From positions 1,020,001 through 1,052,000 of the forward strand of contig NZ_JBHSTI010000008.1 in NCBI RefSeq assembly GCF_042660085.1: a stretch of DNA of 32,000 nt. Reading direction: 5' to 3'. Under the pieces are notes generated by a model that was not told the DNA's origin, ran no database searches, and saw only the letters and a list, made by a program, of their open reading frames with translations. A program made the position numbers and the translations under genes. Positions 18,230 to 25,454 of the stretch are shown piece by piece (position 1 is the first letter of the stretch; every line of letters starts with the position of its first letter). This stretch comes from Longivirga aurantiaca. GTDB taxonomy: Bacteria; Actinomycetota; Actinomycetes; S36-B12; CAIYMF01.

Positions 18230-19447
18230 GTGGCGGGCACCGAGGCTCTGGAGAAGCCGGCGCCGCGGGGGATCCGCGGCAAGGCCGGCCGCATCGTCGG
18301 CATCGACGTGGCGCGAGGCATCGCGCTCATCACGATGGCCGCGACGCACATGCTTCCCGTGCACGGTCCCGACGGGCACCTCACGCTGAGCGGGTTCCTG
18401 TTCGGCGGCCGCGCCTCGGCGCTGTTCGCGCTGCTCGCCGGCGTGAGCCTGGCGATCGTCACGGGTGGTGCCACGCCGAAGGCGGGTCGCGACATGACCC
18501 GCGCCCGCGCCATCATCGCCGTGCGTGCCCTGGTCATCGGGCTCATCGGCCTGATGCTCGCGATGACGGACACGATCGTGGCGGTGATCCTCGCCTACTA
18601 CGCCGTCTACTTCCTGATCGCGCTGCCGTTCCTGCGGCTGCGGGCCTCGACCCTGATGTCGCTGGCCGTGCTGTGGGGTGTGGTGAGCCCGCAGATCAGC
18701 TTCTGGCTGCGCGGGATGCTGCCCGACCCTCCGCGCGGCCAGGTCGACCTGATCATGATCTTCACCGATCCCGCGTCCGCGCTGAACGCGTTGCTGTTCA
18801 CCGGCTACTACCCGGCCTTCACCTGGCTCACGTTCATCCTGGCGGGCCTCGCCGTCGGCCGGATGGACCTGCGCGCCAAGGGAACCGCGATCGCGCTCGC
18901 CGTGGGCGGGCTCGTCGTGGCGGCGGCCGCCTGGCTCACCTCGGGCCTGCTCCTCGAGCTGTTCGGCGTCACCACGCCGTGGTCGACCGAGAACGGCCCG
19001 GTCGTGTTCAGCGGCTGGGAGATCAACAACATCGGGTGGTACGGCACCACGCCCGCCGGCGACTCGGTCTGGCTGCTGGTCGCCGGGCCGCACGCCGGTA
19101 CGACGTTCGACCTCATCGGCGTCACCGGCTCGGCTCTCGCGGTGCTCGGGGTGTGCCTGCTCGCAATGCGGACCGACCTGCTGCGGAAGATCGCCTACCC
19201 CGTCGCCGCCGCCGGCGCCATGACGCTGACCCTCTACACCATCCACGTGCTCGTGCTGTCGTTCGACGTCGGCGACCTCGGGTCCAAGACCTACTACCTG
19301 ACCCATGTGATCATCGGGCTGTCGATCGCGCCGATCTGGCTGTCGTTCTTCGCCAAGGGGCCCCTGGAGTGGGTGGTGCACGAGATCGCCACCGGCATCG
19401 GCACCGCGGCCGTGCCGCGTGAGCCGAAGCGGCCGGTCGGCGGCTGA
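18230..19447 (+). CDS. Multi-pass membrane protein, heparan-alpha-glucosaminide N-acetyltransferase / DUF418-like
   Basis: GRIVGIDVARGIALITMAATHMLPV...LSGFLFGGRASALFALLAGVSLAIVTGG..., about ten hydrophobic segments, C-terminal GPLEWVVHEI. Confidence 0.82.
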   Translation: MAGTEALEKPAPRGIRGKAGRIVGIDVARGIALITMAATHMLPVHGPDGHLTLSGFLFGGRASALFALLAGVSLAIVTGGATPKAGRDMTRARAIIAVRALVIGLIGLMLAMTDTIVAVILAYYAVYFLIALPFLRLRASTLMSLAVLWGVVSPQISFWLRGMLPDPPRGQVDLIMIFTDPASALNALLFTGYYPAFTWLTFILAGLAVGRMDLRAKGTAIALAVGGLVVAAAAWLTSGLLLELFGVTTPWSTENGPVVFSGWEINNIGWYGTTPAGDSVWLLVAGPHAGTTFDLIGVTGSALAVLGVCLLAMRTDLLRKIAYPVAAAGAMTLTLYTIHVLVLSFDVGDLGSKTYYLTHVIIGLSIAPIWLSFFAKGPLEWVVHEIATGIGTAAVPREPKRPVGG

Positions 19448-19469
19448 ACCGCGCGCCCGGCGCGGCGTG

Positions 19470-19604
19470 TCAGGCGGACGGGCGCGGCTCGGTCGACGCC
19501 CAGGTGTAGAGGCCGGCGACCACCAGCCACACCGCGGTCGGAGCGATGAGCAGCGCCGCCTGCCACGAGACCGACGCCACGACGGCGAGGACGTCGAGCC
19601 GCAT
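19470..19604 (-). CDS. Small single-pass membrane protein (44 aa)
   Basis: Minus-strand ATG preceded by a strong ggaggtgg RBS. MRLDVLAVVASVSWQAALLIAPTAVWLVVAGLYTWASTEPRPSA. Confidence 0.6.
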   Translation of the reverse strand: MRLDVLAVVASVSWQAALLIAPTAVWLVVAGLYTWASTEPRPSA

Positions 19605-19749
19605 CGGCCCACCTCCTCTCTGCCCAGTCTCGGTCATGCAGGACGCAGACCGACGCACCCGCCCGTCCGATGCTGCGGCCGCAGCGCGATGACGCTGAGC
19701 GAGAACCGGGTACGCACGCCCGCTCAGGCCGTGCGACCCTGGAGCCAAC

Positions 19750-21153
19750 ATGACTGACTCCTTCATCGACGCCGACGAGCTCACCACCGGCGAGTTCGAG
19801 CTCTCCGACCGTGCGGCGCTGCGCCGTGTCGGCGGCCTGTCGACCGAGCTCACCGACGTCACCGAGGTCGAGTACCGGCAGATCCGGCTCGAGCGCGTGG
19901 TGCTGGTCGGCGTCTGGACCGAGGGCACCGTGCTCGACGCCGAGCGCAGCCTCGCCGAGCTCGCACGTCTCGCGGAGACCGCCGGCTCGGTCATCGTCGA
20001 CGGCCTGATCCAGCGCCGCGACCGGCCGGACCCGGCGACGTACATCGGCTCGGGCAAGGCCAAGGAGCTGCGCGACGTCGTCATCGAGCACGGCGCCGAC
20101 ACCGTCATCGCCGACGGCGAGCTCACGCCCGGCCAGCTGCGCCAGCTCGAGGACGTCGTGAAGGTGAAGGTCGTCGACCGCACCTGGCTGATCCTCGACA
20201 TCTTCGCCCAGCACGCACGCAGCCGGGAGGGCAAGGCGCAGGTCTCGCTCGCACAGATGCAGTACCTCCTTCCGCGCCTGCGCGGCTGGGGCGAGTCGCT
20301 CTCCCGCCAGGGCGGTGGCGCCGGAGGCTCCGGCGGCGGCGTCGGCACGCGCGGCCCCGGTGAGACCAAGATCGAGACCGACCGCCGTCGCATCAACACC
20401 TCGATGGCCAAGCTGCGCCGCGACATCAAGGAGATGAAGACCGCACGCGACACCCAGCGCGCGGACCGTCGTCGCCACGGTGTGCCGAGCGTCGCGATCG
20501 CCGGCTACACCAACGCCGGCAAGTCCAGTCTCCTCAACTGCGTCACGGGCGCGGGTGTCCTCGTCGAGGACTCGCTGTTCGCCACGCTCGACCCGACCGT
20601 ACGACGTACCCACACGCCGACCGGTCGCGAGTACACGGTCACCGACACGGTCGGCTTCGTCCGCCACCTGCCGCACCAGCTCGTCGAGGCGTTCCGCTCG
20701 ACGCTCGAGGAGGTGTCGGAGAGCGACCTGATCCTGCACGTGGTCGACGGCAGCGACGACGACCCCGAGGGCCAGATCACCGCCGTGCGCGAGGTGCTCG
20801 CGGAGATCGGCGCGCAGCACGTGCCCGAGATCATCGTGATCAACAAGGCCGATGCAGCCGACCCCGAGACCATCGCGCGGCTGCAGCGGCGCGAGCCGCA
20901 CTCGATCGTCGTCAGCGCCAAGACGGGCGCGGGGATCGAGCAGCTGCTCGGCATGATCGAGCACGACCTGCCGCGCAGCGCCGTCGAGGTCGACGTCGTC
21001 GTCCCGTACGAGCGCGGAGACCTCGTGGCCCGCGCGCACAAGGACGGCGAGGTTCTCGGCGTCGACCACACCGAGTCCGGCACCCGGCTGAAGGCGCGCG
21101 TGCCGCAGAGCCTGGCCACCGAGCTCGAGGCCGCGGCAGCCTCCGCGTCGTAG
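19750..21153 (+). CDS. hflX: GTPase HflX
   Basis: RGWGESLSRQGGGAGGSGGGVGTRGPGETKIETDRRRI...IAGYTNAGKSSLLN...DTVGFVRHLPHQLVEAFRSTLEEV...VINKAD. Confidence 0.96.
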   Translation: MTDSFIDADELTTGEFELSDRAALRRVGGLSTELTDVTEVEYRQIRLERVVLVGVWTEGTVLDAERSLAELARLAETAGSVIVDGLIQRRDRPDPATYIGSGKAKELRDVVIEHGADTVIADGELTPGQLRQLEDVVKVKVVDRTWLILDIFAQHARSREGKAQVSLAQMQYLLPRLRGWGESLSRQGGGAGGSGGGVGTRGPGETKIETDRRRINTSMAKLRRDIKEMKTARDTQRADRRRHGVPSVAIAGYTNAGKSSLLNCVTGAGVLVEDSLFATLDPTVRRTHTPTGREYTVTDTVGFVRHLPHQLVEAFRSTLEEVSESDLILHVVDGSDDDPEGQITAVREVLAEIGAQHVPEIIVINKADAADPETIARLQRREPHSIVVSAKTGAGIEQLLGMIEHDLPRSAVEVDVVVPYERGDLVARAHKDGEVLGVDHTESGTRLKARVPQSLATELEAAAASAS

Positions 21154-21256
21154 CCCGTCCGGGCACCCGGCCGTCGGACGACTCCGGCACCTGCTCTACG
21201 GTCGCCCCTGCATCCGCCCCGCGCTCGCGGGGTCACCCGAGCGAGAGGCGCGCACC

Positions 21257-21595
21257 ATGAGCGAGAGCAACGAGACCGCGGCCGAGGCCCAGGTCGAGAC
21301 CGTCGTCCTGGTCGACGTGGACGGCGACGGCACCGTCGACGCGGTCGTCGTCGTCGAGGACAACGGCGACTCCGTCACCGCGGTCGACCTCGACGGCGAC
21401 GGGACGATCGACGCCGTCATCACCACGACCGAGGGTGGCGCCACCGTCATCTCGATCGACGAGGACGGCGACGGCACCCCCGACGTCCTGCTCGTCGACG
21501 TCGACGGCGACGGCACCATCGATGCGGTCGCGACCCTGGACGAGAACGGCGAGATCGACGAGATCGCCGAGGTCGAGAAGGCCCCGGAGGCCTGA
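21257..21595 (+). CDS. Small acidic protein with four DxDGDGTxD-type motifs (possible Ca2+-binding)
   Basis: MSESNETAAEAQVETVVLVDVDGDGTVDAVVVVEDNGDSVTAVDLDGDGTIDAVITTTEGGATVISIDEDGDGTPDVLLVDVDGDGTIDAVATLDENGEIDEIAEVEKAPEA. Confidence 0.75.
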   Translation: MSESNETAAEAQVETVVLVDVDGDGTVDAVVVVEDNGDSVTAVDLDGDGTIDAVITTTEGGATVISIDEDGDGTPDVLLVDVDGDGTIDAVATLDENGEIDEIAEVEKAPEA

Positions 21596-21606
21596 TCCAC
21601 GAACGC

Positions 21607-21646
21607 CCTGTGGGCCCTGGAACCAGCCGGTTCCAGGGCCCACAGG
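21607..21646. terminator. Bidirectional terminator-like hairpin between convergent genes
   Basis: Perfect 18-bp arms cctgtgggccctggaacc / ggttccagggcccacagg with loop agcc. No T-tract. Confidence 0.75.
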
Positions 21647-21674
21647 TCTGTCCGGCGCCGTCGTCGTACGACGG

Positions 21675-22700
21675 CTACGCGCGGTTCGCGCCGCGTGAGC
21701 GCTTCGCGTCGAGGAGCGCCTCGTCCGCGCGGCCCAGGGCCGCGTACAGCTCCTCGCCCGAGCCCATCTCGGCCCATCCTGCGGTCCATCCCCCGCTCGC
21801 CGGCAGTGCCGCCGCTGGCCGCTGCCCGCGTACGCGCGCCTCGAGGCTCCGAGCGTCGGCGAGCCGCGAGCCCACCAGCACCAGGGCGAACTCGTCCCCG
21901 CCGAAGCGACCGGCGAGATCGCTCTCGCGCAGCGCGCGCTGCCACGCGGCCGAGACGTCCCGCAGCCGCTGGTCGCCGGCGAGGTGCCCGTGCGTGTCGT
22001 TGTAGAGCTTGAACTGGTCGAGGTCGACGAGCCCGACGGTCACCGGCACCCCCGAGCGCGCACAGGCCGCGACGAGCGTGGGCGCCATGAGGTCGAGACC
22101 GCGGCGGTTGAGCAGCCCGGTGAGGTCGTCGTGCAGCGCCAGATCACGCAGCCGCCGCACGAGTCCCGACACGAGGATCGCGAGGCCCGTGATGACGGCG
22201 ACGATCATCCAGTAGACCGCGGGCGACGACATCTGGGGGTTGCTGCGCTCGGCCAGCCCGAGCAGCAGGAACGCCAGGGCGAGCGACACCAGGAGCCGGC
22301 CGCTGGTCAGGAAGTACGCCGCGAACACGACGTAGCTGGCGAGGCCGAGCCCGATGAGCACCTGCCCCTCGGCGGTCGGGCTCAGCACCACCGCCCCGGC
22401 GGCGAGGAGGTACCCCAGGCCGAGGGAGACATCGACGCCGGTGCCGTGGGGGAGCAGGGGCAGCACCCACAGGGTGACGGCGACGAGCAGCAGGAGGACC
22501 CCGGCGAGGATCGCCAACGACGCGTCGCTGACCGATGCCTGCACCTCGGCGACGGTGAACCCGAGGCAGAGCACCGCGGCGAGCGCCTGGATCCCGGCGA
22601 GGATGCGGAAGGGCGTGCGACGCCGCGTGAGGTGATGGTCGTCGCGTTGGGCGGGACGCCTCGTCCGGATGGAGGGGACACCCGCCCCCTCGGTGGTCAT
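21675..22700 (-). CDS. Membrane GGDEF-domain protein (putative diguanylate cyclase)
   Basis: Six or more TM segments, then LHDDLTGLLNRRGLDLM...VGLVDLDQFKLYNDTHGHLAGDQRL...LAGRFGGDEFALVL...GEELYAALGRADEALLDAKRSRG. Confidence 0.9.
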   Translation of the reverse strand: MTTEGAGVPSIRTRRPAQRDDHHLTRRRTPFRILAGIQALAAVLCLGFTVAEVQASVSDASLAILAGVLLLLVAVTLWVLPLLPHGTGVDVSLGLGYLLAAGAVVLSPTAEGQVLIGLGLASYVVFAAYFLTSGRLLVSLALAFLLLGLAERSNPQMSSPAVYWMIVAVITGLAILVSGLVRRLRDLALHDDLTGLLNRRGLDLMAPTLVAACARSGVPVTVGLVDLDQFKLYNDTHGHLAGDQRLRDVSAAWQRALRESDLAGRFGGDEFALVLVGSRLADARSLEARVRGQRPAAALPASGGWTAGWAEMGSGEELYAALGRADEALLDAKRSRGANRA

Positions 22701-22775
22701 GCGCTCAGGCTACGGAGCGCGCCCGTCTCGTTGCACGCTGCGCAGAGCAGCACTCACCCACGCTTGGATGTGCCC

Positions 22776-23489
22776 ATGCTCACCCTCGCGACGTGGAACG
22801 TGCTCGCCCCGGCGTACGCGCTGCCCACCCGGTACGAGGGGGTCCCGTCGGACCTGCTGGAGGCGCCGCACCGCACGCCGCGCGTGCACGCGCGCCTGGA
22901 GGCGCTGCTCGACCGGTGCGACGTCGTCGCGGTGCAGGAGGCCGACCTCGACCTGGTCGGGTGGCTGCGCGAGGTCGCGGGCGCGAGCGTGCTGCACGCG
23001 CCCCGGCCCTCGTCGGTGGACGGCGTGCTGCTCGCGTCGCGACGGCACCGGCTCGACGGGCTGACCGGTGGCTCGGCCGATCAGCGCCGTACCTGGGCAG
23101 CGGCAGAGGTGTCGGGCGTGCTGGTGGTGTCGGTCCACCTCGATCCGGAGTGGCCAGCCAAGCGGCTGCGTGGCGCGGTGCAGGCGGCGCAGCTGGTCAC
23201 GTGGCTCGACGAGGAGGCCGACGCCCGTGCGGTCGTCATCGCCGGCGACATCAACGCGTCGTGGGACCGGCAGACCGGCGATGCGTTGCGCTGGGGCAGG
23301 TTCGACGCTCAGCGGGTAGGTGCCACTGCGGCCACGAACGGGAAGTGCCGTGAGCTGGACGTGATCGCGACCCGGGGGTGCGCGGCGGCCGTGGAGCCGA
23401 CCGGGCTCCCGCCCGTGGGGACGGCGTACCGGCTGCCCGATCTCGACGTGCCGAGCGACCACGCGCCGCTGCTGGCGACGATCCGGTAG
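22776..23489 (+). CDS. Endonuclease/exonuclease/phosphatase family protein
   Basis: MLTLATWNVLAPAYA...RCDVVAVQEADLD...VVSVHLDPEW...VIAGDINASWD...LPDLDVPSDHAPLLATI. Confidence 0.85.
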   Translation: MLTLATWNVLAPAYALPTRYEGVPSDLLEAPHRTPRVHARLEALLDRCDVVAVQEADLDLVGWLREVAGASVLHAPRPSSVDGVLLASRRHRLDGLTGGSADQRRTWAAAEVSGVLVVSVHLDPEWPAKRLRGAVQAAQLVTWLDEEADARAVVIAGDINASWDRQTGDALRWGRFDAQRVGATAATNGKCRELDVIATRGCAAAVEPTGLPPVGTAYRLPDLDVPSDHAPLLATIR

Positions 23490-23490
23490 G

Positions 23491-23949
23491 TCAGCTCAGG
23501 GAGGGGGAGCGGTTCGTGGCGAGGAGGTAGTCGTCGTGCGCGGCGCCGACGACGCCCATCGTGCTGAGGTCGGAGGTCCACAGCGCGTAGCCCGGCCACC
23601 ATCCGCTGGAGGTCAGCGTGCGCACGCGCTCGTTGAGCGCGACCGCGGCGTCGACGTCGAGCCCCGGGAGAACGGCGATGAACTCGTCCCGGCCGGAGCG
23701 GGCCATGATCGCCCCGAACGGCAGGGCCGACTGCCAGGCGATGACGGCGCCGTCGATCGCCTCGTCGCCGGCGCGCACGGAGTCGTCGTCGCGCATGTGC
23801 TTGACGGGCCGCACCTCGAAGAAGACCACCGCGACGGGTCGGTCGGCGCTCCACGCGCTCTCGGCGACGGCTCGGCCGTCCTGGCGGAGCTTCCTGCCGG
23901 ACCACACCCCGGTCACCGGGTCGACCTCGTGCACGGGGCTCACCACCAT
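23491..23949 (-). CDS. Degenerate GGDEF-domain protein, soluble, short
   Basis: MVVSPVHEVDPVTGVWSGRKL (compare LHDDLTGLLNRRGL) ... IMARSGRDEFIAVLPGLDVDAAVALNERVR; the signature reads GRDEF. Upstream alternative GTG at 24027. Confidence 0.6.
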   Translation of the reverse strand: MVVSPVHEVDPVTGVWSGRKLRQDGRAVAESAWSADRPVAVVFFEVRPVKHMRDDDSVRAGDEAIDGAVIAWQSALPFGAIMARSGRDEFIAVLPGLDVDAAVALNERVRTLTSSGWWPGYALWTSDLSTMGVVGAAHDDYLLATNRSPSLS

Positions 23950-24120
23950 CGAAGAGTAGGCGCTAGGGCATGGACGCCCCAAGGCCTGACGGGGACGTCC
24001 CTCGTACGAGTGACCAGCGTCCCGCACGGATCGACGGGGTCGCGCGGCACGGAAGGTGAACGTGAGGAGAACAAGAACCTCGGCAATGGTGACGCAGCAG
24101 AATCACTCGACCACGCAGCG

Positions 24121-24290
24121 TCAGGCCTTGGGACGGAGGCGGCTGCGCTGGGCGTCGACGAGGGCCTCGTCGGCGCGGTCGAGGGCGTCGTACAGGTCCT
24201 CGCCGAGGACCGGCGGCGAGGCCGACGCTGAACGCGGCGCTCGTGCGGGCTCGCACCCGGGCGATCACGTCCTCGACCTGCGGGGGAGGA
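24121..24290 (-). pseudogene. Frameshifted C-terminal remnant of a GGDEF-domain gene
   Basis: Minus-strand frames give ...VEDVIARVRARTSAAFSVGLAAG, then after a frame change VLGEDLYDALDRADEALVDAQRSRLRPKA*. Both parts align to the C-termini of the GGDEF proteins at 21675-22700 and 24347-25345. No start, TM or GGDEF core is present. Confidence 0.6.
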
Positions 24291-24346
24291 CGCTCACGGC
24301 GCGATCGGCATGGTTCCTGCCCAGCGGACGCCGGCGACCGGTCAGG

Positions 24347-25345
24347 TCACTCCGGGTGCGACTCGAGGGCCCGTTCGGCTGCGAAGAGCGACGCGTCGGC
24401 TCGCGCGAGGGCGGCGTACAGGTCCTCGCCCGCGTCCCAGGTCTCCAGCCCGATGCTCCACCCCGAGGCGCAGCGCTGGCGGACCCGTTCGACGAGCTCC
24501 TGCGCCTGGGCCGGCGTCGAGCCGGGGAGAACCACCGCGAACTCGTCCCCGCCGAACCGCGCCAGCACGTCGCCATGGCGGAGCTCGGCGTTCCAGCAGG
24601 CGGCGACGCACCGGAGCTCGTCGTCGCCGGCGAGGTGTCCGTAGAGGTCGTTGAAGCCCTTGAAGTCGTCGAGGTCGAGGATGCCGACGGTGACGCAGCC
24701 GCCGCTGCGGCGTGCCGAGGCGCTGACGGCCGGTGCCAGGAGGTCGAGGCCGCGCCGGTTGAAGGCGCCGGTGAGCGAGTCGTGCAGGGCCTGGTCGCGC
24801 AGCCTCACCGCGAGCCGCGACACCATCATCGACACGCCCACGAGCGCGAGGCAGATGACGACGTAGTCGACCGCGGTGTCGAGCAGCGGGTTCACGAGCA
24901 GGGCGGCGCCGTAGCCCACGACGATCACGACGAGGTGGAGTGCGAGCAGCCGCGGCGGTCGATAGCTCGCCGCGAACACGCCCAGCAGGACCAGCCCGAC
25001 GCCGATGAGCACCTGGTCCTGGGCCGTCGGCACCACGAGCGCGCCCCCGCTCGCGACCACCGCGCCGAACACGATGCCGACGTCCAGGCCGACGCCCTCC
25101 CGGAACCGCGGGGCGACCCAGCGGCTGAGCGCGGAGGCCACCAGCAGGAGCACCCCGGCGGCGACGTCGTACGGGCGCAGGGCGTCATCGGTGCCAGGGA
25201 TGATGCTGAACAGCAGCGAGACGATCCCGCCGATGAGCCAGATGAGCGAGAGCACGCGGTAGGGGGCCAGCCGCTCGGCCGCCGAGCTCGCTGACGGGTG
25301 CGTTGTCTCGAGCGCACGGCCAGGGCCGTCGCCCCGTACCGACAT
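24347..25345 (-). CDS. Membrane GGDEF-domain protein (putative diguanylate cyclase)
   Basis: Six hydrophobic segments, then LHDSLTGAFNRRGLDLL...VGILDLDDFKGFNDLYGHLAGDDEL...LARFGGDEFAVVLPGSTP...GEDLYAALARADASLF. Confidence 0.9.
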   Translation of the reverse strand: MSVRGDGPGRALETTHPSASSAAERLAPYRVLSLIWLIGGIVSLLFSIIPGTDDALRPYDVAAGVLLLVASALSRWVAPRFREGVGLDVGIVFGAVVASGGALVVPTAQDQVLIGVGLVLLGVFAASYRPPRLLALHLVVIVVGYGAALLVNPLLDTAVDYVVICLALVGVSMMVSRLAVRLRDQALHDSLTGAFNRRGLDLLAPAVSASARRSGGCVTVGILDLDDFKGFNDLYGHLAGDDELRCVAACWNAELRHGDVLARFGGDEFAVVLPGSTPAQAQELVERVRQRCASGWSIGLETWDAGEDLYAALARADASLFAAERALESHPE

Positions 25346-25454
25346 GCCTCCACGTTAGGGCGATGCCCTGGGGGAGTCGCGGCGACGGGGCGTTGTCCAT
25401 CGTCCTGTGGACGCGCTGCGCGGCGCGTGCCGCCAGGGCTGGTTGGATCAGGGG

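Noticed and set aside
17699-19447. 582-aa plus-strand ORF as one long gene
   Set aside because: Only the part from GTG 18230 looks like a real membrane protein. The upstream extension overlaps a better-supported CDS in another frame.
25346-25454. LexA/SOS box upstream of dinG
   Set aside because: No convincing actinobacterial GAAC-N4-GTTC/TCGAAC-type palindrome was found between the GGDEF and dinG genes.
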